A DNA stretch of 64,000 nucleotides, from assembly GCF_009914755.1 (NCBI RefSeq), contig NC_060946.1. One strand, written 5' to 3'. Each line of letters starts with the position of its first letter. The first letter of the stretch is position 1. Position numbers and translations under genes: made by a program. The DNA comes from the human T2T-CHM13v2.0 reference genome, Homo sapiens. The notes under the pieces are model-generated. The model had not been told where the DNA came from and ran no database searches. It worked only from the letters and a program-made list of their open reading frames with translations. Positions 12,620-27,385 of the stretch are shown here, piece by piece.

Positions 12620-12989
12620 TAATATGGTTTGGCTTTGTTTCTCCACCCAAATCTCATCTTGATTTGTAATCCCTATAATCCCGCATGTCTAGGGAGAGAC
12701 CTGGTAGGAGGTGATTTGGATCATGGGGGGTGGTTCCCCATGCTCTTCTTATGATAGTTCTCATGAGATCTGATGGTTTTAGAAGGGGCTCTTTCCCCTT
12801 CACTTCTCACACTTCTCTCTCCTGTCACCTTGTGAAGAAGAATGTGTTTGCTTTTCCTTTCACCATGATTGTAGGTTTTGTGAGGCCTCCTCAGCCATGT
12901 GGAGCTGTGAGTCAGTTAAACCTCTTTTCATTATAAATTACCCAGTCTTGGGTAGTATCTTTATAGCAGTGTGAAAATGGACTAATACA
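12620..12989 (+). mobile_element. THE1 (THE1C/D-like) MaLR solo LTR
   Basis: ATATGGTTTGGCT..CCACCCAAATCTCATCTTG..ATAAATTACCCAGTCTTGGG..GACTAATACA. Confidence 0.92.
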
Positions 12990-13199
12990 ATATGACATTT
13001 AAATTATACATTATGAATTATTTCTCTCTGTAATCAGTATTGTAAAAGGTCTGTCATTAAAAAAAAAAAAAAAACAAAAAAAAACTTTTGTCTTGAAAAC
13101 GATCCCTATTGAGTTTTTGGTTGTTAACACTGCTCTTTTTCATTGACCTTTGCCACTAAATTAATTATTTCATTCCTCCTTGTTTATTCAGTTTTACTA

Positions 13200-13960
13200 T
13201 CTTGGTATTTTTCTAGCTCCTGCATTTGACAGTTAATTCCACTAGTTTTTAAATTCTCTTATTGTATAATGACTGTATTTAAAGTTGTAATGTACCCTGT
13301 AAGTATTGCATAGTGGTGAAGAACCACAGTATTGAACTGTAGAGCTTTCACTGTCAATCAGCTCTAAATATTTTATAATGTTCCCCATGATTTTATGTTA
13401 ACATATGGATTACTTGGAATTTATTTTCTAGATATAGGAAATTAATACATTATATTTTATTATTAATTTATAATACATTAAGCTAAGGGGAATATAGTGA
13501 ATAAAATGTGATTTTTGGTATGACTTAGGGTATGTGGGCTAATATGTGGTTGATTTGCAAATGTTCCATGATGCTCAGAGACAATTGCTAATGTCTTTGT
13601 GTTGAGTGTACACATATATTAATTCAAGCTTAGCAATAGTGTTATTCAAAATTTCTTCTAAATGTTATTTTCTGTGACTGCTTTATATGAATTAAGATAT
13701 CCAAATAAAAAGTTCGATTTACCTATTTCTGTCTATGCTTCTGTGAATTGTTGCTTTTAAATACTTTGAATCTTTGGCGAATATATATTATGATGATTAT
13801 ATATTTTACAATGTGTTCTTTTCCCTGTGTTTTTATTTGCCTTGAATATTAGCATTGCTACCTTAGTTTTTTCATTGTTCATGTTTATCATCTCTAGTTT
13901 CAACTTTTAAATGTTTCCTATTAAGGCAGATATATTTAATTTTAAATCATTTTCCTGCTT
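13200..13960 (-). mobile_element. Old L1ME-like ORF2 remnant
   Basis: T-rich strand with degenerate antisense EN motifs (AATATGTGGTTGATTTGCAAATGTTCCATG; AATAGTGTTATTCAAA). Confidence 0.5.
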
Positions 13961-14099
13961 ATATCTCTATATCTTGTCATTAATAATAATTAGGAAGCCC
14001 CTATTATTTCAATTTCATGCATCCCATTCTGTCCTTTCTCTTATATTTTCAGCTTACCCTCTCTGGAGCTCTATCTAATTCATTGATTTTTCTTAAGAT

Positions 14100-14870
14100 C
14101 TTATTACTTTCTCTTTCTGCAAAACCGAGCCACTTGCAACCTTCTCCCTTTCAATTTATGGCAATTCCTATCCTTCCAGTTACCCAGGCTAGAAGCTTTG
14201 GAGTTATTCTTAATTCCTCTGTTCCTCTGATAATCACCATCCAATTCATTAGGAAATAGTACTGGCTCTACCTTTAGAATAGATCCAGAATCTCACCACT
14301 TTTCAGTGCTTCCACTGATATCACCTATCCCCTATCCCCAGTTAATGAAGAGCTTTCTGATAGATCCCTCCTATGATGGTATGTTCATCATAGCAACCAG
14401 TGTCTTTTAAAATATAAGGTTAGATCGTGTCATCCTTCTGTACAAGTCCCTGCAAAAGCTCCCATTTTACTCAAAGAAAAAATCTGAGTTCTTGCTGTGG
14501 TCTGTAAGACCATGGATGATCTGACAGTATCTTCTACTCTCTCTCCCTTCCTGACTTTGCCATAGCTATACTGGCCTTTTTGCTGTTGTTCCAGTATGTT
14601 TCCACTAGCATATTTTCAAATTAAGATTTTTGCATTGACTGTTTCCTCTGCCTGGAGTGCTTTTTCTCCAGATATTGTCATGGCTAACTCTTATTTCCTT
14701 CATGTTTTTGCTCAAATCTCATCCCCTCAAATGAGGCCTATTCTGATTACCTTATCTACCATTTTGACCGGCCCATTCCCCTCGTCATTTCCAGATCCAT
14801 CTTCCCAAATACCCAGTCCTTATACACTTGCTCTGCTCTTCTTTTTCTTTTTTCATTAGTTAATTTAGCA
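14100..14870 (+). mobile_element. L2 LINE fragment
   Basis: CCTTCCAGTTACCCAGGCTAGAAGCTTTGGAGTTATTCTT..GGCTCTACCTTTAGAATAGATCCAGAATC; GTTTCCTCTGCCTGGAGTGC. Confidence 0.8.
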
Positions 14871-15224
14871 TTTTTAAAATGAAGAGTATTTTCTAGCCCT
14901 GTTTACTAGAAATATTTTGAAAGAGCTATTGAAAAGTTAATTGGGTAAGACCTGAATTATTTTAGTGTGTAATTTAAGATGTTTATTTTAGAAAGCTCAT
15001 GTGCATCTATATTGTCAGCATGGCATGGTGACATATAGTAACGCCATTTTGACTCATACTAGCTGGTGATGTCAGAAGAGTGCTGTCTAGTTCTCAATAC
15101 CTTTCTATGTGTCAAACTCCAACTGCATTTTTCTAAGAAGCAAAATACTAATAAGAAAGCTGCCTCAGGAGCTGATACAAGGTTCTGAACTGAATTATGT
15201 CCTAACGGCTTAGTTGTTGTTATT

Positions 15225-16060
<836 letters not shown>

Positions 16061-16074
16061 TCAGATAAGAGAGG

Positions 16075-16940
16075 GGTAAACAGCTCTCTTGTGTGAGGAT
16101 TTATTTAAATCTGGATAGGAGAAGGGCTTTTAAATAAACTGTTTTGCTACAGGTGCCAAAGGCTTCAGATGCCTCTAATGGTTTTGTTTTTGTCTTTCCT
16201 CTTGACTTTGGGCTTCCCTAAATGCTCCTCCTCAGAGAGAGTCTGTTGTTGTAGTTTTAGGGGTGAGGAGTGGTGTTCTATAATTTTCCAATTACATCTC
16301 AGTTCTTCAGTGGGCCTGTGTCTATGGCTTCTGCCCTACCCACGTGTTTTTCTTCTTGTATAGCTTCCCTGCTTAGGGGAGACATGAAGCAGAGAGGGGG
16401 CTGAAGTGACAGGAATGCCCTTCCCCCTGGGACTCTGAGACAAAGCTCTAGTGAGGTCTTTTCCTCTGGAGAAAGTCTTTCTTATGAAGAAGGTTGGGAG
16501 GTATTTCAGAAGGATTACTCTTTCCTTCCCCTGCCAGTGCCAGCAGGCAATCTTTCTTGGATATTTACCATGAGAAGAGATTCCTGGAGGCAAAATCCAT
16601 GATGATGTCAGGTCCCTCTTAGCCTGGGGTCTCCCTAAGACTGGGGGACCCAGGAGTTTCTCATTCTGGGGCTAGTCCACACTCAGCCTCCAGCAGTTCA
16701 TCAAAGTGACCATTTAAGTGTCCTACCACTTCCTGGCTTCAGTAGCTTCTGCTCCAGGGAAGTAGATCTTGGTTGTGACTCTCTGGATTTTGTCAGTCTC
16801 TTCAGGGTGATGGTTTGCCTTATAAATTCAGTTTTCTAGTGGATCTGAGAAAAGTGATTTATTTGTCTAGCATTTTTATTGTAAGGACAGGAGTGGCAGC
16901 TTCCAGGATCTTTACATTTTGGAGCCAAACCTGAAAGTTT
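16075..16940 (-). mobile_element. L1M (L1MD/MC-like) 5' end
   Basis: GATTCCTGGAGGCAAAATCCATGA..GGAGTTTCTCATTCTGGGGCTAGTCCACACTCAGCCTCCAGCA..GCAGCTTCCAGGATCTTTACAT. Confidence 0.6.
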
Positions 16941-16959
16941 ATTTAACTTTTTTAAATGC

Positions 16960-17148
16960 CAAAGATTTACTGACATGTTCACTGTTATTTATTTGCCTCT
17001 CATCTCCTCCCCCTGTACCACACATTCTAGAATGTAAATTCCACAAGAGCAGAGATCTTTGCCTGGTTCACTTATATGTCTCTACTGTCTAGAATAATGC
17101 ATGCTGCATATCAGGAATCCAATAGATATTTGTTGTCCTTAAATGAAT
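16960..17148 (+). mobile_element. L2 3' end (likely continuation of 14100-14870)
   Basis: CTAGAATGTAAATTCCACAAGAGCAGAGATCTTTG..AATAGATATTTGTTG..AATGAAT. Confidence 0.8.
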
Positions 17149-17614
17149 ATCAATTTCTTCCCTCTGAAAAAGGAAAAATCTTACTATTCTCTGACCCTGT
17201 TTTGCACCCTAATCTCTCTCATGACGCCCCAGCCGCACACCCCAATGATATTGATTTCATCAATAATTTTACCTCTGTGCTGCTACAGATGTGCTTTTCC
17301 TTTTTTTTTTTTTTTTAATCTTTTTGGTCACTAATGTAAACAAAATTGACTTTTAATTGAGTTACTTACCATTAGTCCCACGTTTGTCTGGCTCCTTTCT
17401 TGTCCTATTTTTTCTTCCATGAATATTTTCATAAAGGGCGTTTTAAAGGTAAACGTTGTGAGGTCTTAAACATCCAATAATATGTTTTATATGAATTTTA
17501 AATTATAGCTTAGTGGAATGTAAACTGTAAGTTCAGTGTTTTCACCCTACAACACTTAACAGTGTTTTGTCATCATCTGCTAGCATCTGGTGCGAATGTT
17601 AAAAGCCTGATGTA

Positions 17615-17830
17615 AATAATAGCAGTGAACACTTGCCTATCACTTCCTTTGTGCAAGTATTATTCTAGGAACTCAGTATTCATTTACTCCTCATAAATAC
17701 CCTTGTAAATGTTAGTATTATAGTTATCATTAGCTGTTTTTTAATAAAAAAGGAAGCTGAGGACTGAGTTCAGTAATTTGCCTAATGATCTGTTGCTGGT
17801 AATTGGTTCAGCTGGATTTGACCCAGACAG
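17615..17830 (-). mobile_element. MIR
   Basis: GGAAGCTGAGGACTGAG..GTAATTTGCCTAATGATC..GCTGGATTTGACCCAG. Confidence 0.65.
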
Positions 17831-18057
17831 GGGCTGGAGACTGACCATGACACCAATTTTAAAGCCCAATTTTTATCTATTTGCACTTGACCTGCTATTT
17901 CTCTCTGTATTTTTATTTTTTTCTTGTCTTTTAAGTGCTTCAAGCTCACTACATATGTCTAGTTGAGGGCTTTTTTTTTCTATGCTATTTGAGATTCTAT
18001 GAACTTGTTCAGTATCTGGTCTTATTATTTATTTACTTTGGGAGCATTCTTGCTTAT

Positions 18058-18560
18058 TGTGATAGTTAATTTATATGTTAACTTGATTGGGCCATGGGGT
18101 GCCCAGACATTTGAACAAATGTTATTCTGGGTGCCTATGAGGGTCTTTTAGGCTGAGATGGACATTTCTATCAGAGTGAGTGAGGCAGATTGTGCTCTTC
18201 AATGTAGGTGGGCCTCATCCAGCCAGTTGAAGGCCTGAATAGGACAAAAAGACTGATTCTCCCTTGAGTAAGAGGGAATTCCCCCTACCTGATGGCCTTC
18301 AAACTAAAACAGATTTTTCCTATTTTCTGCCTCCAGCTCAAACATTGGCTCTTCCTGGGTCTCAATCCTGATAACCTGTGAACTAGAACTATACCATTGG
18401 GTCTCCTGGTTCTCCCACTTGTTGACTGCAAATCTTGAAACTTGTGAGCCTCCATAATTGCATGAGCGAATTCCTTATAAGAAATCTGTTGATGATATAG
18501 ATATAGATCTATAAAAGATACCCCCTAATGTTTGTTTCTCTGGAGAACCTGACTAATACA
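18058..18560 (+). mobile_element. MLT2 (ERVL) solo LTR
   Basis: TGTGATAGTTAATTTATATGTTAACTTGATTGGGCC..TCTCTGGAGAACCTGACTAATACA; TSD CTTAT/CTCAT. Confidence 0.9.
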
Positions 18561-19154
18561 CTCATAATTTCTATTATGAATATTTCTACTCATGTGTTCC
18601 CTTTTTAATCTCATTCTGGATTTCTATTATCCCTCTCTTACTAGTCAGTGATTCTATATTAATGCTGCCTAACCATCCACCCCAAAATGCAGTATCATGT
18701 AGTAACAGACATGCATGTCTCACTCACATGTCCACATATTGGCTGAGGTTGCTCGGCTTGGGGCTCCAGGTCAGATCAGCTCTGCCCCACATATCTCTGC
18801 TTGGGACTCAGATCAGAGAAGGATGGCTTCCTAGTACATACTGCTGCTTTAGTGGTGTTGTGCAGAAGAATAATGCCCTGTCTTCCTCTTTTGAGTACAG
18901 AATCTATTGAAAAATTGTACCAGGGGTCAGAAATACTAGCTTTATTTCAAGCACAGCTGGGTTGGGAAATATGGTTCTGACCTAAGCTTTTTCTGGGGTT
19001 CCCTTAAAAAAATTGCACACTTCACCACAGAAGAGTCAAAGCTTGTTCCACAGAGTGTGGCACTGATATGGGAGCTGACTAGGAAGAAATGCTCTGCAAA
19101 CCAGTAGGTCTTAAGAAGAGAGCAAGGCGAGGACTGAGCCCTGCATGCTCCAGC

Positions 19155-19642
<488 letters not shown>

Positions 19643-19879
19643 GTCCAGTGATTCTCAACCCTGGCGCACATCAAAATCATCTGGGGAACATTAAAAAGCA
19701 TTTTCTGCTGTCGCATGAGAAGATTTTTGAGTCAAGCTTGATATTTATTCCTTGACAGATGTCCAGTTTCTTTGCTCTTTGTAGGGTGGTGAAGCTTATC
19801 ATTGCTAGTCTCCAATGAAGGAGCTTAGAAGATGCTTCCAACAGGGCTTAGTGTTCTCAGGTCTCCTGGGGACAGTGAC

Positions 19880-20115
19880 AGTGGGTGGGAAAACATCTGG
19901 GTTTAGCATCAAATGACCTGGATCCTAGCCCTAGCTTTCCCTTTCATCGTCAATATGACTTTGTGCAATTCACCTAACTTTTTTGCCTTGATTACCTTTC
20001 CAGTGTAATTCCAACCACCTCCTCTTAGGGTATTTGAGAGAATCAAATGAAAGACCATATAAAGAAAGTGCTTTGCCAACTAGAAAGTGTTTAGACCTAC
20101 AGAAAATCTGTTATT
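19880..20115 (+). mobile_element. MIR
   Basis: GACCTGGATCCTAGCCCTAGCT..TGACTTTGTGCAATTCACCTAAC..GAGAATCAAATGA. Confidence 0.6.
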
Positions 20116-21098
20116 CTCTTTTATTTAATGAATGTGACTAGTCAGCAGCTTCCATTCATGAGCAGAAGACTCAGCCATGGAGGCCTGGTTCCCCAAATCA
20201 TTAAAGATTCCCCATGGAGTTGTCTGTTTGTTTTCCTAATTTGAAAGTAGCCACTGGATAGCTTTTGCCCACCATGCTACCATTCACCTTTCCCCTTATC
20301 ACAGAATCCTCATGGGGGCGTTTAATTACTCTACTTACTTTCATCCCTGCTAGCATCTTTAGTTTTGTCTCTGGCTGGTTATTTCTGCTGGCTTGGGTAC
20401 CCAGCTGTAGGCTCACGTACTCTCTAAACCATTGTGTGTAGCTGTGCTGTGTAGCCTTAGGCAGAACCTTCTTGCCTTAACTATTGTATGAGTAGATAAC
20501 AGGGGAGGGACTGAGGGTGTGGGGCTCTCCAGCATCAGCCCAGTGCCTACATGACTGCAGGGACAGTTCAAACCGAGTTTCTGGACAAGGATGAGTCTAC
20601 AGTGCCTTCTTGTGGCAAAGGGAACTTTTCATGGAGTATGTGAATATTAAGTGACAAGCAAGGCCCACAGTTAATAAGTGTGCAGCCAAGAACTGAGCTC
20701 AGGTATTTGGCCCAGATCCCTGTTCTCTACTTCACATCTTTCTCTTGAGGTTAATCTCCAGGTCTAGGATTTGGTGTAGAGACTGGAGTCTACACATGTT
20801 CAGTCGGGGTGCCCTTAACAACGGGCAACGCCAGGATAAGCTGCTCTTCTTCCTAGCAGGATGGTTACTGCTTCTTACAGTCACTGTGCAGACAAGCTGT
20901 GATATTAAGTTATATACTGACAGATAGTGGATGCTTGATAATCAGCATCTGATCAGGCAGGTCAGATAATCAACATCTTTCACTCAGCAGACATTTATTT
21001 TCTCATATTCAGAGGAAAGCAGGGGTTGTAAGGAAAGAGGTCAAGAATGTATAAGAAATTCACATCCAGGTGAATCCAAAGTATTCATTTCCAAATGA

Positions 21099-21550
<452 letters not shown>

Positions 21551-21760
21551 TGTCTTTGTATATATTTACATATATGTATAGGTATATATAGATAGAAGAT
21601 CACTATCATAAATATGTTCAACTGTATACGTGTGTGTATATACCTGTATATATAATAATGAGAACACAGTTGGTTCTCATTATTCTCAGTACTTATCTTC
21701 TCTCTATATATATACACATATATATACACACACAATATATAGTATATATATACATATACA

Positions 21761-22408
21761 CAATTAGTTCTCATTATTTACAGTCAGTATGTTCTATAAA
21801 GTCATTGTGAACACTGAATTAGCAACTACCGAACCAATGCTTCTAACAGAAATACAGAGTTAGGTTCCTACAAGTCTGTGGTCACAATATTTTCACTGAG
21901 CAGTCAATATATAGCCTTGTGTTTTGTGTGTATTTCTGTTTCGAGACCCCTTGTTTAACACATATTGTTTATTAACATTGAACTCATTGCCAAATAGCAT
22001 TAAAGCTCATGCCTAAATGAAGATTACCTAATAGCCTATTTTCTCCATAAGGTACATCACAGCCTTCTTGTACTTAGAGACAGGAGACAGCATTTCGGCA
22101 CTCTTCTCAGGGGTCATTTAAATGATGAAATCAGCAACAAAAGTACAAGAATATGAAAAACGTGGCCATAACTAGACCACCAATGGATGCTGGTTTACAG
22201 TATGAGCTGAATCAAGAAGTCAGAGATTTGCCTTGTTCAACCTCAGCTGGGAATGTCCACTTCAGATGGCTCAAATTTTTCACTTCTCTGCACATATCTG
22301 CAAGTGACCGTGAAAGTGTTTTGAGTATAGGTTATTTTGGGTTATCCACAAATATTAGCAAGTAGGCAAATGTTGAAGTATGGAATCCGTGAATAGTGAG
22401 AATTTACT
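21761..22408 (+). mobile_element. MER82 (TcMar-Tigger)
   Basis: TIRs CAATTAGTTCTCATTATTTACAG and CCGTGAATAGTGAGAATTTACT; internal TATGTTCTATAAAGTC..GAACACTGAATTAGC. Confidence 0.85.
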
Positions 22409-22751
22409 CAGATGCTCCTCAGTTTACAATGGGGTTAAGCACTGATAAACACATCATTAAGTTGAACATATTCTAAGTTGAAAATGCATTTAATATACCT
22501 TACTGAACAGCATACCTTAGATGTGTTTAGAACACTTAAATTAGCCTACAGTTGGGCAAAATCATCTAATACAAAGCCTATTTTATAATAAAGTGTTGAA
22601 TATCTAATGTAATCTATTGAGTACTATACTAAAAGTGAAAAAAAAGTGTATGAAGACTCAAAGTGCTGTTTCTACTGAATGTGTATCACTGTCATATCAC
22701 AGTAAGGTCAAAAAATCTCAAGTTGAACCATCCTGAGTCAGGGATTATCTA
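22409..22751 (+). mobile_element. MER47A (TcMar-Tigger)
   Basis: CAGATGCTCCTCAGTTTACAATGGGGTT..TTAGCCTACAGTTGGGCAAAATCATCTAA..GTCAGGGATTATCT. Confidence 0.85.
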
Positions 22752-22759
22752 TTTTATTT

Positions 22760-22955
22760 ACATATGTGTATGTGTATGTGTATATATATATATATACACA
22801 CACTATATATATACACATATATACAAACACATATGTAAATAAAATAGATATTTTATATATACACACATACACTCATGTATATACATATATATGCAAACAC
22901 ATGCATACATATATACATACAAATATATACATACATACATGCATACATACACACA
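22760..22955. repeat. (TA)/(TACA)n simple repeat
   Basis: Direct reading. Confidence 0.9.
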
Positions 22956-23132
22956 CCACCAGAAGGATAGATACTGCAATTGTATCAGGGGATTTTAGTT
23001 CCAGTAACTAAGCAAGGCAAAAAGAAGAATTTGGTGCAAAGGTACTGTGGTATCCATTGAACTACAAAATGGCAAGCATTGTAGAGATGTAGCTAAACTG
23101 GATGTGGAGGACTTGGGTACCATCAGGATTAG

Positions 23133-23447
<315 letters not shown>

Positions 23448-23519
23448 TAGCGTTGGTCTCTTGTCTCTGCTTCAGCCCATCCAATGTGCACTGCATTCTC
23501 CACATGGATGGGACGTAGA

Positions 23520-23782
23520 CACCCAGAGGAATAGTGAGATGGGCATCTGCAAGACACAGGGAATCACACTAGGAGATACCAGTTCATATTTGAGGAAACA
23601 CTAGGTTATAGGAATAAAACTTCTTCTCTAGCAATTCTGAAGTGAACAGGGTGGAGAGGGAAGAGGGGTGTGTGTGTGTGTGTGTGTGTGTGTGTATTTG
23701 CATATGGGCAACTGCATATGAATGTGTACCTGCATCAAAACTAATTCCTAACACTGCCATAATCTAAGCAGTAATTTTACTA
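23520..23782 (+). repeat. Local direct duplication, copy 1 (contains a TG microsatellite)
   Basis: Colinear with 26148-26418, roughly 90% identical by eye. Confidence 0.95.
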
Positions 23783-24299
23783 CTACGTTTTGCATCTTGT
23801 TGCTTCCACTTCCAGACTCTCTCTTTTGCTTGTTTCATGCTAGACTAATCAACTGGGAGGGGAGAAAGGATGAAAGATGTGGTATCATGATTGACTAGCT
23901 TGAAGTTGATATAATCAGTGAGATACGGTTTGCAAGAAGCTAGAAATACCAATTAGAACACTCTAGTGGGAAGTGAAGGAGAAGCTCCTGGAAAAGAAGG
24001 TGCTGTTCCCAGTGTAAGAACTAGTAATTTACATCCATTTTAGGCAGAAAGAAAATGCTTTCAACAGAGCTAGTGTATTTGAGGCAGAGGGGAATGATAA
24101 GACTCCTTTACTCATAACTTGCTACAAACTCTGGCACATAAAGGGTAAAGAGACGTCACCTCTAGCTGGGAGGAACAGAGGCAGCAACATGGAGAAGGTA
24201 GCATTGAACTTCTCCTTGGTTGATAAGTAGGATATGAGCAGATTTTAATGTGGAGGCAGCCCCTTATCTTGGAGATTAGGATAATATTTTAGAAACAGC

Positions 24300-24490
24300 A
24301 GGATGCAGTGAAATAAGTCAGTTTCCAGGGTTTAAACCCTATATTTGCAGCATGCCAGCTGTGTGCCCTTGAGTAAGTTAGTTCACTAGCCTGAGATTAA
24401 TTTTCACTCCTTGTGAATTGGAGGGGAATAATGTCTCCCTCATGGTGATGTTGAAAAGGTGAAATGAAATCATGCACTTAGGTATCTGGC
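24300..24490 (+). mobile_element. MIR
   Basis: CCAGGGTTTAAACCC..AGCTGTGTGCCCTTGAGTAAGTTAGTTCAC. Confidence 0.65.
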
Positions 24491-24613
24491 AGAAAAATGC
24501 TGGTTCCCTTTTGTTTTCAGGGTTCATCCAGTAAGTTAGTGGCAGATAGGTAACTTGAACCAGAATTTCTGACTTCAAGGCCAACAGCCTTCCATTCTGA
24601 ACTGTCGCTCTCT

Positions 24614-24802
24614 TTTTTTTTTTTTATTATTATACTTCAAGTTTTAGGGTACATGTGCACAACGTGCAGGTTTGTTACATATGTATACATGTGCCATGTT
24701 GATGTGCTGCACCCATTAACTCTTCATTTAACCAAACACCACATGTTCTCACTCATAGGTGGGAATTGAACAATGAGAACACATGGACACAGGAAGGGGA
24801 AC
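24614..24802 (-). mobile_element. Short L1PA insertion with 5' inversion (minus 24614-24730, plus 24730-24802)
   Basis: Poly-T plus antisense L1PA 3' end, then sense CCAAACACCACATGTTCTCACTCATAGGTGGGAATTG..GGGGAAC; 17-bp TSD. Confidence 0.95.
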
Positions 24803-25334
24803 TGAACTATCACTCTCTTAAAATCACCTGCCCCCTGTTGTCCTGATTTTCTCTTACCACACACTGGCTCCCACTGGCCTCCAAGGAGTGTAACTGCCTC
24901 GAAGGGCACATTAGGGTCTTCCCGTGCGCCTTTCTTTCCTCACTTTAGACACATTAGTGATGGAGCTGGAGATAATGGAAATGCTGACCTTTGAGGGCTA
25001 TATAATTAATTATAGGCTGGTGCCATTAACACCTTTACCAATCAGTGCAGAACTGAGTGAGAACTCTTGGCACACAGAGGTCCTGTCTCTCTTGATTAAA
25101 GGATCACTTTGAAAATATGATCAGGATTCTAACAATATGCACATATAAAAGAGACCTGTCCACTGACGCTAATTCAGCATTACACTAACAACCAGATAAA
25201 AGATGGGCAAGACGTCAAAGCAAACAGATGCCAAACTGTGAAATGAGTGTTTGTGTAAGGAGCATAACCTCATTGGACCTCATTGTCATTCTTATTGCAA
25301 CAACAAAAAGGCAATGTGAAATAAAAACAAAAAC

Positions 25335-25505
25335 ACGGAAATAACAATTCTAGGTAAATTTTACTGAGACTGTGCCAGTGTCAGCTACCTTTCCGTCTGT
25401 TGTTTCACTTAATCCTCCTAGTAACCTTATGAGGTGGATAATTCTGTTATCTATTATCCCTACTGCATGTGTGAGGGAAGTGAAGTCCAAAGAGGTGTCT
25501 AATCT
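25335..25505 (-). mobile_element. MIR
   Basis: CACTTAATCCTCCTAGTAACCTTATGAGGTGG..ATTATCCC..GAAGTGAAGTCCAAAGAGG. Confidence 0.6.
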
Positions 25506-26147
25506 GTAAAAATGGGTCAGTAGAGGATGGTTGTGGTGACAAGGGGCATGTGGAAGGGTCTTAGTTTCTGTTTAGGGGTGATGTGATGGTGCTGGTTTCA
25601 TGGTTAAGTCCAGAAAGGAAGCCAGGTTCCCTTTCTACTCCCAAGATTAAAAGGAAGACATTTGATAGCAGACATCTAGGGAAGTCTTTTGCATTCCGTC
25701 AAGAGATCCTCTCTGTGCTTTCTTCCTTTAGTCAGTGTCTGCCCAGAGGTTAGAAGACGGAAGGAGCTGTCATTGTTGAGGGTTGTTGGGGTAAATACAC
25801 AATTCCCTTCTCTGCCGGGGCCTGTGTTCTGAACCAGCTGAGAGAGAAAAAAGAATCCAGTGAATGGAGAGCAAGCTACTATGGCTGTTAAAGCTAGATC
25901 AGGAAATGTGGGCTGGATGAGTTGCGACCATGGGCTTCCTGATACTGAATGTCAGAATGAGACAGTTATCCACCTCCACACAGTCAAGGGTGGGAATGGG
26001 CTCACCAACAGAACAGGGGGCTTTACAGATAAACTTAGCATATGGTTGAGAGCAGGCTAGTCCCATAGAGATAGAACTGGAAGAGGCTGAACCATGCACA
26101 CCCAGTTTGTCTTCTCAAAGTTACTATCAGAGCATGTACTACCCCTG

Positions 26148-26293
26148 CACCCAGAGGAAGAGTGAGGTGAGCATCAGCAAGACACAGGGAATCACACTAG
26201 GAGACACCAATTCATACTTGAGGAAACACTAGGTTACAGGAATAAAACTTCTTCTCTAGCAATTCTGAAGTGAGCAGGGTGGAGAGGGGAGGG

Positions 26294-26333
<40 letters not shown>

Positions 26334-26418
26334 CTGCATATAGGCAACTACATGTGAATGTGTACCTACATCAAAATTAATTCCTAATGCTTCCACAATC
26401 TAAGCAGTAATTTTACTA
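26148..26418 (+). repeat. Local direct duplication, copy 2
   Basis: Colinear with 23520-23782. Confidence 0.95.
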
Positions 26419-27254
26419 ATTTTTTATGACAATTTATAGAAATTTGAACTTCATTATAGAAATTATCTCTAAATAACAAAAGCTCTTAAAACTATAAGTG
26501 TATGGATCTGTCATTTGGAAGAGCAAAGCCTTTTCAGTGACTAAACATATCCTCTTCTGTTTTTTTTTCTCTTCAAGATTTAGCCTCATTTGACATTCAC
26601 TTTAGCTAATGTCTAGATAAGCCAGCTAATGTTAACATCTCTGAGTCTGACTTAAAGGCTTTGTGTTTTTGTCAGAGGTTTCTTAGAAAGACTAGTGGGC
26701 TCCATAAGAATCAACAGGGCTAGAAAACTCAGTTAAACCGCAAAGGGAATAGACTGAGTGACAGTAATAGGAAAGGAAAAAAAGGAAAATATCCCTTTCT
26801 ATTCTCTCTACCTTCCAACTCTGCACTCCTGGAAATAAAGGCTGTTTTGTCCCTATTTTTCTTTCTGAATTGAAAGACAATAACCAAATATACCTGATGG
26901 TACTTCCAGCGTCTGAAGAAAAGTTCTTAGGAGGGTGGAGTACAGCTGAAAAACTCATTAATTTTAATTAAGTTAAAAAATCCATAGTAATGCAATATTA
27001 GCCTTGCAGTAAAGTCATCACTTCTACAAATGGAAAACGAATACTCTTTAAAGAAACATGATATCCCTCTTGACACAGCTTCTAAGAGGCATATATTGAC
27101 CAGGCAAAGAGGAAAGTAAAATTCTACCTTTTTCAACATGTTCAAGGGTAGACAGATAATAAAACTTGAACCTATTTATCTTGAAGTTGGCTCATATTTC
27201 TCCCTATCAGTACACAGGGAGGTGGACAGGTACCAGCTTAGAACTTATATAAAA

Positions 27255-27385
27255 GTGGGTTTGAATGCTGGCTTCACTCACAACTCTGTTACTCAGAAAA
27301 CAGTGCCTAGACTCTCTGAACCTCAGTTTCCTCATCATTAAAATAAATGTAATAATAATGGTTTTAATTAGGCAAATTTCTAAAA
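27255..27385 (+). mobile_element. MIR core
   Basis: GGGTTTGAATGCTGGCT..CTCTCTGAACCTCAGTTTCCTCATC. Confidence 0.7.

Noticed and set aside
23520-26418. Direct repeats as paired LTRs of an unknown retroelement
   Set aside because: No TG..CA termini, PBS, PPT or outer TSD; interior holds older MIRs
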